A DNA stretch of 63,079 nucleotides, filler included, from Octopus bimaculoides (taxonomy: Eukaryota): the NCBI RefSeq assembly GCF_001194135.2. It is 4 parts of 3 records of this genome, joined end to end, with 100 filler letters (N's around TTAATTAATTAA, not from the genome) between each part and the next. Parts side by side here need not be neighbours in the genome. Positions count along the whole stretch, not along the records: positions 1 to 20,293 come from NC_068994.1; positions 20,394 to 46,341 come from NC_068994.1; 2 more parts are not named here. One strand, 5' to 3'. Below are positions 13,466-27,272 of this stretch, one piece after another (the stretch's first letter is position 1; the number at the start of each line of letters is the position of its first letter). The notes beneath the pieces are model-generated. The model was given only the letters and a program-made list of their open reading frames with translations. It had not been told where the DNA came from and searched no databases. A program made the translations under genes and the position numbers.

Positions 13466-13662
13466 TAGTCACAATGATATTCAGTGGTTTGAAATCGCAA
13501 AAGCGTTGACTGAAGCAAGCATTACATATTCTTCTAGAGCAAAAGGCTTCATTGAATCTAAATATATTAGCAGCAAAAATATAATCAGTTGACGTATAAG
13601 ACAATATTTATTGAAACAACAGCCAATACAACATATTAATGACCTAGTCACTTCTCTTAGAC

Positions 13663-13918
13663 CAGTGGTTCCTAACGATTTTTTGCGTATGGATCCATTT
13701 CATTCCGGTTTTACTTGTGTGGATCCTCATAAACATTCAATGTTAAAAAAAAAATTCTGTTATATTTTTGAAATTAAATATTATCAGGAATTGTATAAAA
13801 ATATGTTAGAATAGTTTATCTATTGAAGAAGTATAACCAATTTATTGTTCTCAAATTTTAACGTCAAAATTTTATATGGATCCCCCAGGGTCATATGGAC
13901 CCAGATTAAGAACCACTG
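13663..13918. mobile_element. hAT-type MITE (256 bp)
   Basis: Inverted ends CAGTGGTTCCTAA / TTAAGAACCACTG and subterminal TATGGATCC repeats. TSD degenerate (TCTTAGAC vs TCTGGAAT). Confidence 0.75.
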
Positions 13919-15431
13919 TCTGGAATAGATATCAAAATAATATAAATTTCCTATAAGTGATCACAAGAGGTTTTTTTTTTTAATTATCAAGAACTCACCA
14001 TGAGAAACGATCGAAAGGTAGTTTGTCATAAATTTACCTTGTATTATAATACTGGGGAAAGTTCTTATGTTGCAGGATGCTATTTCTACAGCCTTTTTGC
14101 AAATGTCTGCTATTAGTGCTATGTCTTCTATGTCTACAGTGTCTGCTATGTCATATGTCCACCACTGGTCTTATGTCCAATGACACCAATGGTAAACGTA
14201 ACCTAGTCTGACACCACTATCTCAACGTTGGATACTCTTAGAGAAGTTCACAATATTGCAAGTATTTGGACTCGGATTTTTTCTTTCTTCCTCTTGTATC
14301 AGAGACTCTGAAAGGGTGCAGGTAGTTCTAGGGGGCACAAATACTTCACTTGCGCAGATTAATTCATAAAAAAAAAGAACTTCCAAAAGATTTTATCTTG
14401 CCGAAACTGTGAATAAAAAGTAATTACAAATTTCTTGGCCAGCTAAGTTCAGTGTGTGTGTGTGTGTGTGTGCGTGTGTGTGTGTGTGTTGTGCGCGTGC
14501 GTGCATGTGTGTATGTGTGTGTGTATGAGAGGTGTGAACATGTATATGTGTATGTGTGTGTGTATGAAAGGTATGAACGTGTGAGTGACTACGTTCTGTC
14601 GTGAAAAGCTGCAAGTAATCGAGGTCTGATACACAAGATCAATTCTTCTTTGCACCGTTTCTCTCTAATAACTCCTCTTACACGCAATTACCTGGGCGTT
14701 CATCACGCTAAGTACCTCATGGCTCATCACATTGTATTGAGGCTATTGATGATAATCCAACGGTGTATACAGGATTATAAAGGACGTAGTTAGACATTTT
14801 CATTCTCATACATAAAATGTCCAACTGAACCAATGTATGTATATATGTACATGTGTATATGTGTATGTGTAGGTGTTATATACGTGTCTGGACTTTTTAG
14901 AATATGGATATTAAATAGGAGAATCAATAATATCAATTATATATGTATTGTTCGAAATAAGTTATTATTTTTTTGGTATTTCTGCTTTGTTTAACTGTAA
15001 ATGTATGAAAATGTGTGCCTGCATTGACATGTGCATGTGTCAATATAGAATAAGTAGTGTATGTATTAACAATTGTGCGAATATATCAATGTATACGTGT
15101 GAATTAATATATGTTTATCCATATGCACATGTGAAGTTATGAATGTATATATATATGTGCATCTGTCTGTGTATATTGTAACAGCTAATAGAGGTAGTCA
15201 TAAGTAGAATAATTTTTACATTATATACAGGAGCTATATTCAGTGGTTTTGAAGTGTGATTAAGTCTCGATCACTGTCTGTAGAAGCTAGTCGCAATCCA
15301 TCTGTCAGATATAGAGGTAAGTTGTTTTGTATGGATAAACAAAACTTAGTGAAAAATGTTTATGGTAATTATTTGTGAGCACATTAATATGCCTGTACAT
15401 ATATGTATGTCATTATTTAATTTTATTATAA

Positions 15432-15638
15432 GGCGGCGAGTTGGCAGAATCGTTAGCACTCCGAGCGAAATTCTTCACTGTATTTTGTCCGCCTTTACGT
15501 TCTAAGTTCAAATTCCACCGACGTCGACTTTACCTTTCATCCTTTCGGGATCGATAAATTAAGTGCCAGTTGTGTACTGGGGTCGATCTAATCGACTGGA
15601 CCCTCTCCACAAAATTTCGGGCCTTGAGTAGAAAACAT
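15432..15638 (+). mobile_element. tRNA-derived SINE family B, well preserved
   Basis: GGCGGCGAGTTGGCAGAATCGTTAGC...GTTCAAATTCC...GGGGTCGATCTAATCGACTGG...GGGCCTTG; several other copies in the window. Confidence 0.9.
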
Positions 15639-15649
15639 TTAGTTTTATT

Positions 15650-16025
15650 TCAAGATTTCTTGTCAACAGAGAAAAAAATCGGCTTCTAACCTAGATCTAA
15701 GTCTCCTTCACTAAAATTTCAACATCCACTGAGTATTTTTGCATTATGTATGTGTGTATTTATGCATGTCTGTATGTTTTTTTCTCTCTTTTTAATTTAG
15801 AGTTAATTGAGACCGGTCATCTAACTGATAGGAAGGTTGCAAAAGAAAGCATATTAAATTTGTTCACCATCCTTTAAATGTTAAGAAGATCATACAGAAG
15901 TTGCTTTCTCTCTCCAGCAGCCCAAGTTCAACCATACTCTGCTCCACACGGATTGGTGCGTATCCTCTTACTCCAATAATAATAGGTATGAAAATGAAAA
16001 TGTAACTTGGGTACTGGATTACCAA
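15650..16025 (-). mobile_element. R4/Dong-like (RLE) non-LTR retrotransposon 3' fragment 3
   Basis: IQYPSYIFIFIPIIIGVRGYAPIRVEQSMVELGLLE, homologous to 17757-18026; 3' UTR similar to 17620-17760. Confidence 0.75.
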
Positions 16026-16029
16026 ACAT

Positions 16030-17555
16030 GTATGTATGTATGTATGTTATCAATCAGTTTCATTTCTGTATTTCTTGTCCATAGAGAAAGAGCCGGACTC
16101 TAACATAGATTTAAGGCTCCTTCATTGGAACTTTTATCAACATCCTCTAGGTATTTGTGCATATGTGTGTGTGTGCAGTATTTGGTGTTAGTGTATGCGC
16201 AGATTTGTATGTTTGTTTTATGGATGCGTTTTTATGTCTAGATGCATGCATATGTATTTATGTGCTAAATTTTTGGCAAGTTTTACATATCTTTACAGTT
16301 CCATTGATGGCTTGAATCTGTAGTCTTCTAATCAGCCTTTTTCTTTNNNNNNNNNNNNNNNNNNNNNNNNNNNNNNNNNNNNNNNNNNNNNNNNNNNNNN
16401 NNNNNNNNNNNNNNNNNNNNNNNNNNNNNNNNNNNNNNNNNNNNNNNNNNNNNNNNNNNNNNNNNNNNNNNNNNNNNNNNNNNNNNNNNNNNNNNNNNNN
16501 NNNNNNNNNNNNNNNNNNNNNNNNNNNNNNNNNNNNNNNNNNNNNNNNNNNNNNNNNNNNNNNNNNNNNNNNNNNNNNNNNNNNNNNNNNNNNNNNNNNN
16601 NNNNNNNNNNNNNNNNNNNNNNNNNNNNNNNNNNNNNNNNNNNNNNNNNNNNNNNNNNNNNNNNNNNNNNNNNNNNNNNNNNNNNNNNNNNNNNNNNNNN
16701 NNNNNNNNNNNNNNNNNNNNNNNNNNNNNNNNNNNNNNNNNNNNNNNNNNNNNNNNNNNNNNNNNNNNNNNNNNNNNNNNNNNNNNNNNNNNNNNNNNNN
16801 NNNNNNNNNNNNNNNNNNNNNNNNNNNNNNNNNNNNNNNNNNNNNNNNNNNNNNNNNNNNNNNNNNNNNNNNNNNNNNNNNNNNNNNNNNNNNNNNNNNN
16901 NNNNNNNNNNNNNNNNNNNNNNNNNNNNNNNNNNNNNNNNNNNNNNNNNNNNNNNNNNNNNNNNNNNNNNNNNNNNNNNNNNNNNNNNNNNNNNNNNNNN
17001 NNNNNNNNNNNNNNNNNNNNNNNNNNNNNNNNNNNNNNNNNNNNNNNNNNNNNNNNNNNNNNNNNNNNNNNNNNNNNNNNNNNNNNNNNNNNNNNNNNNN
17101 NNNNNNNNNNNNNNNNNNNNNNNNNNNNNNNNNNNNNNNNNNNNNNNNNNNNNNNNNNNNNNNNNNNNNNNNNNNNNNNNNNNNNNNNNNNNNNNNNNNN
17201 NNNNNNNNNNNNNNNNNNNNNNNNNNNNNNNNNNNNNNNNNNNNNNNNNNNNNNNNNNNNNNNNNNNNNNNNNNNNNNNNNNNNNNNNNNNNNNNNNNNN
17301 NNNNNNNNNNNNNNATCTCATGATGGTATTTACCTCATGTCTGCAGACTTCATCAAGGGGTGCACTTCGACACTTGGTGGTTATGAGATGATGTCGGAGA
17401 GATATGACACGGCATTCAAAGGCAGTCTGAATTGATGTTAGGCCCCTCCCTCCTTTATTTCGTTTTAGGTATAGGCGGTCTACATCGCTATTGATGTGAA
17501 AGTTGTTCGTGCTCGTTAGTATTTTTCGGGTCTTCACATCAAGGGATCGGATTTC

Positions 17556-17556
<1 letters not shown>
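16030..17556 (-). mobile_element. R4/Dong-like retrotransposon fragment 2, spanning an N-gap
   Basis: KTRKILTSTNNFHINSDVDRLYLKRNKGGRGLTSIQ (post-RT motif of RLE-clade elements) before the gap and RRLQIQAINGTVKICKTCQKF (ORF end) after it. The spacing suits a single element. Confidence 0.8.
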
Positions 17557-17586
<30 letters not shown>

Positions 17587-17619
17587 TGTATGTATGTATG
17601 TATGTATGTATGTATGCAT

Positions 17620-18258
17620 GCATGTATGTGCGTGCGTGTGCACGCGTGTATTTATATATGTATGTATGTCCTCTTTCTCTTTTTAATTCTTGAGTAAATT
17701 TTAACCGGCCACCTAGTTGGTGGGAAGGTTATGAAGGAAAGTATCTTGTTTAGCCATCATCCTTTAAATCTTAAGATTTTGCAGATTTTTCTAGTCTCAG
17801 ATGTGATAATTTCTTGTTTATGAATTAAGGATTTGCTTTCTATCTCCAAGACCCTAAGTTCAGTCATACTTTGCTCTAGACGAGTTGGTATGTATACTGT
17901 TGCTTCAATAATAATGGATATGGAGCTGAAAGTGTACCTTGAGTACTGGATGTCCTCTTTCTCTTGTATTTTTCTTACCACACTCGTTTTCAGAGAGCAG
18001 CTCATTTCATTTTTACAACAGATCATATCTTTTTTCGTAGTCCTACACGGCGATACCTGGCCGGTTGTGTTTTAACTTGGTGGTTTTAATTTTTGAGTTT
18101 CACCAGTATTCTTTTGACTCATCGGTCTCAATATGGTCAGCTTCGTTGGTAGGTATTCTCTTTTTTGTTATCCTGTTTCAGACCGTTCTAGCCACCGCAT
18201 TATACCTCATGGACAGACAATATTTAGAAGAGATTCTCTCACAGTTGTGATATTGTGG
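17620..18258 (-). mobile_element. R4/Dong-like retrotransposon fragment 1 (RLE endonuclease region)
   Basis: KLKHNRPGIAV*DYEKK / ICCKNEMSCSLKTSVVRKIQEKEDIQY...IIIEATVYIP...ETRKICKILRF* matches the HN.PD...D...E.SC...K..EK..Y pattern, with PD mutated to PG. Confidence 0.8.
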
Positions 18259-18599
18259 TTGATGTATGTATGTATGTATGTATGTATGCCGGTATGTAGG
18301 GATGTATGCATATATGTATGTAGGTAGAAAGTTATGTATGCGAACTATATTGTAGGGAATTTTATAGCCGATTTGGGCAAGATACATGAAAGTACATACA
18401 TGCATACCTGAAAGTATACAGCCAAGGTGCTGTACAGAGTGAGCAACCAACTGTAGCACATAAATAGAAATACTGTAACTGCAACAAAAATACGAGTCAT
18501 TTGTTGGCTTTAGAATCCATTGTAGGTCTTATGGTCACTGAAAATAAAATAAAATAAAATAAACAGAAATAAGGTAATTTATCAGCGATGGTCAAACTG

Positions 18600-18720
18600 T
18601 TCTAACAAGTCGACAGCTATCGAACTCAGTACTCAACTGGTACTTATTTTATCGACCCCGAATAATGAAAAGCAGAGTCAACCGCGATGGTATTTGCACT
18701 TAGAACGTTAAGACGGATGA
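18600..18720 (-). mobile_element. SINE family B fragment
   Basis: ACTGGTACTTATTTTATCGACCCCGAA...GAGTCAACC...TAGAACGT. Confidence 0.7.
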
Positions 18721-19344
18721 AATGTATATATTAAATGAATCCTTACTAACTATAGAGTCACAGTTCCTTTTAGCTAAGTTGTATAACTAATATCAAAGGT
18801 TATTAAATTGCATTCTGAGGGTAAAATTAGATATATTTAGGCATCATATTTATGCGATGATAATCGACAGCCAATTCTAACTTTCGTTCGATTTCTTCCA
18901 TTCATTATTTTTCTTTTTCTCCTCTTTCGTTTTTTATTTAACTTCACAAACATTCCCGTGTATACGTGCGTGCTTGCATGTGCCAGTGCATGTGAGTCCA
19001 TGTGTCAATGCATTTACATGCATGTATCTACGTGCACGTGTATATATATACACAGACGTACATTTATTGATAGATCTGCATAAGACTATGTAATTTAAAT
19101 CTGAATGAATATGCTTAGGTATGTCTGTGTGCGTGTGTGTGCGTTTGTGTGTATGTGTGTGTGTGTGTGTGTGCATGCATGCGTACGTGTATGTGAGCAC
19201 GTGCGTAAACATATACACAGATAATTATGGTTTTCTTTATGCGTATTTTTCTATTTTTCTTATGTGAAATTGTGTATCATTTTCATGTCTCTGTAACAGT
19301 AGTTTAGAGATGGTTCTGGGATGTCCGTTATGTTCTGCTATATA

Positions 19345-19559
19345 CTCTTTACTCTTTACTCTTTTACTTGTTTCAGTCATTTGACTGCGGCCATGCTGGA
19401 GCACCGCCTTTAGTCGAGCATATCGACCCCAGGACTTATTCTTTGTAAGCCTAATACTTACTCTATCGGTCTCTTTTGCCGAACCGCTAAGTTACGGTGA
19501 CGTAAACACACCAGCATCGGTTGTCAAGCAATGTTGGGGTGACAAACAAAGACACACAA

Positions 19560-19590
<31 letters not shown>

Positions 19591-19761
19591 CATATATACG
19601 ACGAGCTTCTTCCAGTTTCCGTCTACCAAATCCACTCACAAGGCTTTGGTCGGCCCGAGGCTATAGTAGAAGACACTTGCCCAAGGTGCCACGCAGTGAG
19701 ACTGAACCCAGAACCATGTGGTTGGTAGGCAAGCTACTTACCACACAGCCACTCCTGCGCC
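19345..19761 (-). mobile_element. tRNA-derived SINE family A, full length
   Basis: Head GGCGCAGGAGTGGCTGTGTGGTAAGTAGC...GGTTCAGTC, internal (TA)/(TG) tract, tail GAAACAAGTAAAAGAGTAAAGAG. Confidence 0.92.
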
Positions 19762-19943
19762 TATATGCATAAATATTTATATATAGGCACTATATTCTCG
19801 TTTCGGTTTAGTAAGCACATTGACACAAAACTCTAGACTCTTCAGTCACTCTGTAGTCAGTTAATAAAAATTCAATTCTCTGCTTTGCGTATTGAGTTCT
19901 ATTTCTTCTGTTTATAAAAGTATATGTATATATGCATATGGTA

Positions 19944-20180
19944 GGGCGCCAGGCCTAATGGTTAGGGTGTTACACTCACGATCGCGAGACCGTGGTTTCA
20001 ATCCCTGAACCGAGTGATGCATGATATTCTCGATCAAAACACTTCATCTCACGTTGCTCTTTGATCACTTCGACACATGACGAGTGGCACGCTGTACACC
20101 TGTTCAGACAACGTCGATTTGAAGGAGGGAGTGAAGAAATGTACAGCACATTCATTTGATCGCTACAAACAAATCATTTC
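19944..20180 (+). mobile_element. SINE family C, variant body shared with 56988-57225
   Basis: tRNA-like head followed by GACAC(A/C)TGACG...CACCTGTTC...AACGTCGATTTGA. Confidence 0.8.
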
Positions 20181-20252
20181 TTCAGGCTAGAAATTATAGA
20201 ACTGTGTTTCTTGGAGTACGAAAGTATGTATGTATCCCTCTCTCTATCTCTC

Positions 20253-20293
<41 letters not shown>

Positions 20294-20651
20294 NNNNNNN
20301 NNNNNNNNNNNNNNNNNNNNNNNNNNNNNNNNNNNNNTTAATTAATTAANNNNNNNNNNNNNNNNNNNNNNNNNNNNNNNNNNNNNNNNNNNNAACAATC
20401 CTTAAACAAATCCATGATTTTTCTTTCGGGTATAAATGATGCCAGTAAAATGAAATATTTAAATGAAGGGTGAATGAGTTTAAAATTCGAGTTTAATATT
20501 GTCTCAGAAACTTCTTTCTTTTCATTCCATTGTTTGACTGTTATCATCCTTAAGATATTTAATTTCCGATTACAAAGAAAAAAAATGTGTATATTTGTAT
20601 GCATATATTTATATATTTATACATATATATGATACATATATATTTATATTC

Positions 20652-20688
<37 letters not shown>

Positions 20689-21095
20689 TATAACATTCTG
20701 TTAATGGAAAACGGTGATAGTAATGCTAAAAGGAAATAGAATAACTGGCTGTCACTCTACTCTGTATATAATTAAATTCTTGCCATATATAATTAAAATT
20801 GAAATTATATACAGCAATTTTTCTTTTCTTTCTAATTCATAATAGCAAACTGTAGTAGTTGTTAATTTCACTGAAGTTTGCTTTCAGCTATCACTGAAAT
20901 GCACACCTGTAAATTAATTAGCAACATAAGAATGTCAGCATGTTTTAGTTAGGAAATAAACAGTAGAGTTGAAGAAACTAGGTTATTATATATGAATTTG
21001 TATATGTGTATGTGTGTAAATATAGAAATATATAGACATATATATATACATTTATATATATATATACACACACATACAAATATATTATATGTGTA

Positions 21096-21191
<96 letters not shown>

Positions 21192-21995
21192 TGTATATTT
21201 TAAAAATTTAAACATCAGAGACATTAACATAAGGAATGACTCAATACAAAATGTAATGTAGTATATATCAAATAGAAGATACAAATGTGACTTTGAAGTT
21301 CACTGGATTGGCTTCTCAAAAAATAGTCTGATAAACTGTTTGACAAATTGATCTGGTGATTCTTTGAAAGCACAGTCTTTATATATGTATATCGGCAGAT
21401 GTATGTAAGAATGTATGTATGTATGTATGCATGTTTGTATGTATGCATGTTTGTATGTATGCATGTTTGTATGTATGCATGTATGTATATGTGAATGTAT
21501 GCATGTACGTGTGTATGTACGTGTGTGTGTGTATTTATGGTAATGAACAGAACAAAATACCAAAATACACAATATTGTGAATACGGTACAGTTCATTCAA
21601 TTCATTTAAACAGAACCAAGCTGAAATCCTGGTTTCCATCAAGTATGAATGCACCTTCCCATGCTTAAATCTTATGTCGGCCATTTTGGTTAGAGATATT
21701 TGAAGAGCAAATGAAAATAAAGCATTTTGGCTTGTCAACACTAGATTTGTAGTAGATAAAGGAATAGGAAAAGACGAAGTAAATAGTCAGGGGACCATGG
21801 TCAGATCACCACTTCTAAACTGTGTATGAGGTAATGTTCAGGGTATACACTGAATAAGACTATCCATGTGATTTACAGAAGTTCACAGCAGTTTGTGGCA
21901 TATAAATGTTTTTGCCCAAAGCAGTATTTCTATGCCCACAATCATGTTTTAGTATCTAAACTATTAGTTTTAATGAGCAAATATCTCCTTTACAG

Positions 21996-22082
21996 ATGAC
22001 TGAAACAAAAATCTATATAGGAATTACTAAAAATCTTTTTAAAAATAGATTCTTAAAGCATACTTTTATATCCAGAAATTAA
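21996..22082 (+). mobile_element. Possible Penelope GIY-YIG remnant
   Basis: MTETKIYIGITKNLFKNRFLKH fits YIG.T...FK.R...H. Confidence 0.45.
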
Positions 22083-22489
22083 AAGCAAACAAAAATACAT
22101 TTTTCTTTCCCCAGTCCAAATGTAACAGGTTTGCAAATGATGGTAATATTAACAATTATATGATTGATTAGAACACATGACCTTCTACATTAATGGATTT
22201 TGAATGTGCAATATTTGTCTTTTGGAGAAGCATGACATGGTGTTGCAACTTTTTCCAACATTAAATAAAAATTAGATTTGATGACTTATTGCAAATATTC
22301 CATCATTATTTTTTTGGTGGAATTTCCAAGATACTTTATTTACTGCAAAATAGATTTGATTTAAAACAAAGGAGTATAATTTTATTAGAATGTTTGTTAG
22401 AAAAAGAGAAAATCACAAAATAGAACAGTGAAATCAATATTCATGTGTAATATATTATTAAATAAAGCCTTATTATATAAGACATTAAG

Positions 22490-22705
22490 GTAATGAACTG
22501 GCAGAATCATTAGCATACTAGACAAAAGGTTTAGCAACATTTCATTTATGTTCTGAGTTCAAAATTTTGCTAAGGTCAATTTTTCCCTTTGTCCTTTAGA
22601 GGGTCATTTCAATATATACCATACAAGCACTGGAGTCGATATAATCAACTAGCCCCACCCCATAAAATTTTCAGGCCTTATATCTATGGTAGAAAGAATT
22701 ATTAT
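22490..22705 (+). mobile_element. SINE family B, CpG-decayed
   Basis: TGGCAGAATCATTAGC...GTTCAAAATTTT...GAGTCGATATAATCAAC...TCAGGCCTT. Confidence 0.75.
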
Positions 22706-23610
22706 ATAAGATGTTATTGTATAACGTGTTATAATAAATAAAATTTGTACTAACATTGGTACAATTGTTTTACTCTTCTCTGAGGTATTCAAATTACATT
22801 GATTAAAGAAGTTATAATATTAATAATGTGTATGTGTGTGTGTGTTTGTATGTGTATATATGTGTGTTTGTGTTTGTGTGTATGTTACATATGTTGCTTG
22901 TATGTTCTTATGTGTGTTTGTGCATAATTATTTTTACAAGTATGAAACAACAAAGAAAGGAATTAAAAGCAAACATATATCAAGGAAAGTTATACTTACA
23001 ATTGTTATTGTAACATAAGTCATTTATGTAATTTAGGTATATGTGGAAAAAATGAAACCTAACTGAAACCTAACAGAAGAATTTTAATTCTCTATAAGTT
23101 TCAAATATCATTGATGTAAGGTGTTAAGTAAAGGAAGTAAACTCACATTTATTTACAATGTTTGAAGTAGCATTGGATAGGTTTTTATTTAATGACAAGA
23201 AAAGAAAAAGAAAAGGTGTATCAAATATGAAAAAAAAATGTTTATAAAGCTATATTAAATGTTAGCAAAAGTAAATATGTGTGTGTGGAATATTGTATAT
23301 TAATAAAAAGGGTATTAGATACTTAAATATATAAACTTACTTAAATCTAATTTTCGTTATTTTAAAGATTTACATTACTTAAAAAAAAATAATAATTCAG
23401 GGAGCCATTAAACAATTTTAATAGGGATAAATATTAACTATAGTATGGGTTGATGAGAATTAAGGTGTAAACAGATGTAAAAAAACAAGAGGAATATCAA
23501 GACTAGTTTAGAAAATGGATAAATAACAAGAATATATCATAAAGGTGGTGAGCCTGAAAAGAAAGAAACTCTAAGGGAGAAATATTAACAACTACTTTCT
23601 GTATGTGAAT

Positions 23611-24007
23611 ATTCTTTCATTCCTTTACTTGTTTCAATCATTTGACGGTGGCCATGCTGGAACACCACCTTTAAGGGTTTTTTAATGAAACAAATTGATT
23701 CCAGGGCTTATTTTTTTTAAAGCCCAATACTTATTCTGTCGGTCTCTTACGCCGAACTCTTAAGTTATGGGGACATAAACACACCAATGCTGGTTGTCAA
23801 GCAGTATTGGTAGGGGACAAACACAGATAAAAAGGCACATACACACATATATATATATATATGACAGGCTTCTTTCAGTTTCTGTCTACTAAACTCACTC
23901 AAGGCTTTGGTTGGCCTGAGGCTACTCATGCCATGAGTGGCCATACAGTAGGATTGAACCCTGGACCATGTGGTTGGGAAGCAAACTTCTTACCACAAAG
24001 CCACACC
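23611..24007 (-). mobile_element. SINE family A, CpG-decayed
   Basis: Aligns by eye with 19345-19761. Confidence 0.85.
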
Positions 24008-25171
24008 TATACCACAAATGATAGACCAACAAGAAATATCTTGTTGGTATGTCTAGGTCACCAAAGACAGGGAAAAACTCTTTGATGTAATAACTACCCT
24101 CCGAGCCTACTCTGCAAGCAGTTCTCAAGAACTGAGATATAATGGCTATATGTTGCTTACCAATATTCTACTTGAATATTCTTTTCTTAAATTATGAAAA
24201 CAAAACTCAAGAGTTAACTGCCAAAAGTAAATGTTAAATGTTCATAATGATTGCTTTAAAAGATGAATTACCATAATACATCTCAGTAATGAGTGAGCAT
24301 ATGTTTGATCCTTCCATCTTTCAGTCTGTTTAGTTTGCATGCTGGTACTATACATGCAGAATATTTCAACATTTTCTTTGCTACTCTTTGATCTGAAAAC
24401 TTTTCAATGAATTCGTTATGAATAAATTCAAATGCTATGAAAAAAAAAACAAAAAAAACCGAAGAAGATCAAACAATAGAAATTTTTGTTATTTTGACTT
24501 CAGCCACAAAGGGATTGATGAAGCCTTTTTTTTTACATATTCAGAAAATGATTGAGATTTTCGTGTCACTATATTCAAATTTTTTAACGTAGTAGAAAAG
24601 TTGTTTCTAATCTAAATATATCACACGTCTGCTATTGGGAAATGAAATTTATAAAGAAAGTAAAAATAGACTAAACAGAAACAAAGGACTTTTGATGCAT
24701 TTATAAAGCAAAGAAAAACGAGATTCTTTCAACTTCAATGTATCAAATAGCAGAAGGAAAGATACATCATGTGATGAACCCAAAAACAAGTATCAAAGTC
24801 ACTTTGAATCATAAAATATTTGATTGTTTATTATTTGTAAATGATTTATTTAATTAAATCATTGGTCATGTCTAAATTAACACTGTATCTCTTTTGTTCT
24901 GTGCTTAAAACTCATTTGAAATTTTTTCAGTAGCAAGTATGTAATCACCATTTATACATTATTTCTATGTGAATTAGTCTATCACTTAATTGGGTTATTG
25001 AGAGCCAGTTGGATAGTTAAGTTGAGGTATCCTTCTGTGAGTATGTATGTGTTTGTGTATGTGTGAGTGTATGCATATGTATATATATATATGTATGTAT
25101 TTATATATGCATATATATGTATGTATGTATGTATATGTATACGTATATGTATTTATATACATATATACATA

Positions 25172-25203
<32 letters not shown>

Positions 25204-25745
25204 NNNNNNNNNNNNNNNNNNNNNNNNNNNNNNNNNNNNNNNNNNNNNNNNNNNNNNNNNNNNNNNNNNNNNNNNNNNNNNNNNNNNNNNNNNNNNNNNN
25301 NNNAATAAGAGTGAAAAAACTACAGAAGGCTTGTGTTACATGGTTAAAGTATATATTTAAATTATGTCAGAAAAATGTTATAAAAATGTTATAAAATCTT
25401 TTTGGTATATAAGCATTGTATTTTGAGAAATAACCGGTTTCGTGTTGTCTTTTCAAATTTCTCTACTTCATTATGTTGTGTTCGTTCCAGTCTGAGAAAG
25501 AAAAGTTATATATACTTTGGGTATGTTGAAGTAGAGACATGTTCTTTGTCTATCTCCTTAACTTCTTTTAGGTATTATTATACTAATGTGTCCGCCTGTT
25601 CTAATTTAATTAAATTTTATGTATTTGTGCAGCTGAGGATTGCTCTGCATTTTAAATTGATGTAATGATTACATTGTTCAATTAAATGGAGTTGCATGCA
25701 ACAATCGTACTGCATCACCTCTGGATATCCTTGCTGCTTATTTTG

Positions 25746-25794
<49 letters not shown>

Positions 25795-26067
25795 GCACAC
25801 ATGTGTACATATACATAAATACAAATACACACACATACACACATCCTTTCATTGTTTCAGGATTGATAAAATAAGTACCAGTTGTGCACTGGGGTCGATG
25901 CAATCGACTTATCCCATCTCCCCAAAAGTTGCTGGCCTTGTGCCAAATTTTGAAAGTTACATGTTAGCATGCAGACATTTGAGTCAGCCATTGCCAACAA
26001 AACTTGACTATATTTGCCAAGGCTAACATTGCTTTTTATCCTTTCAAGGATTAATAAAATAAAGTAT

Positions 26068-26457
26068 CAGGAGTGGCTGTGTGGTAAGTAGCTTGATTAC
26101 CAACCACATGGTTCTGGGTTCAGTCTCACTGTGTGGCACCTTGGGCAAATGTCTTCTATTATAGCCTCGGACCAATCAAAACCTTGTGAGTGGATTTCAT
26201 AGAGAGAAATTGAAAGATGCTTGTCATACATATTTATATGTGTGTGTGTGTGTCTGTGTTTGTCCCCACCACCATTGCTTGACAACTGATGTTGGCGTGT
26301 TACATCCCTGTAACTTTGCGCTTCAGCAGAAGAGACTGATAGAATAAGTACTAAGCTTACAAAGAATAAGCCCTGAGATCGATTTGTTCGACTAAAGGCG
26401 GTGCTCCAGCTTGGCTGCAGTCAAATAAATGAAACAAATAAAAGAATTAAAAGAAAA
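26068..26457 (+). mobile_element. SINE family A
   Basis: CAGGAGTGGCTGTGTGGTAAGTAGC...AAAGGCGGTGCTCCAGC. Confidence 0.88.
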
Positions 26458-27117
26458 TATAGAGGTCAATTTAATTGACTATACACATCCTCCAGAATTT
26501 TTCAGAACTCATGTGTGTATCACAAATAAATGTTTGATAACATGAATCATGTTAGAACAAGCCACCATATCCCAAGCCTATAATTAAAAACGAAGAGATG
26601 TAGCCAATATGTTCCTGTAAATTAACTTTGACTTATAAATAATTCCCTTGGTAGGCCATTATTATCAGCCAATGTTGCTGATGGTTAAGAAGTATTATTT
26701 TAAAGAGAAACGTTTTTTGTTTTTTCTCTTTCATCTTAATTTTGTAAACTTATAAAATGCTTCATATAATTTTGGGCCTCAGAGATCATGGGGTTACAAT
26801 AATTCTGTCATTCTTAAGTATTTTGGTAATGATAAACTTGGTTATAATATCTGTAGCTTTTGGACTAATGACATCCTCATTTTTGTTGTAGATGAATTGG
26901 TAACATAGTTTATGTTTAACATATATTGTGAATCAGGGGCTCATCAAAATACACATAGAACTGCTTTCCTTTTTGCTCATTAGTCTAGGGACCCCAGTAA
27001 AGGTTCATGGTTGCTGTGTTTCCTCCTGCAAATAACACATTAAAACACATGCACACATAATACATATTCATGAATACATCCATCCATATTTATATAAATA
27101 TATACGTACATATAAAT

Positions 27118-27186
<69 letters not shown>

Positions 27187-27226
27187 TATATGTATGTGTA
27201 TATATATATGTGTGTGTATATATATA

Positions 27227-27272
<46 letters not shown>

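Noticed and set aside
20338-20349. TTAATTAATTAA between N-runs, also at 46386-46397 and 58175-58186
   Set aside because: An identical 12-mer embedded in Ns three times is an artificial stop-rich join linker, not biology.
21421-21484. 16-bp tandem repeat, plus a short duplication at about 31575-31625
   Set aside because: Ordinary slippage products with no spacers; no CRISPR-like array anywhere in the window.
25633-25661. Further + strand exon candidates (25633, 31990, 33360, 56245)
   Set aside because: Weak donors or phase conflicts; expected by chance in AT-rich DNA.
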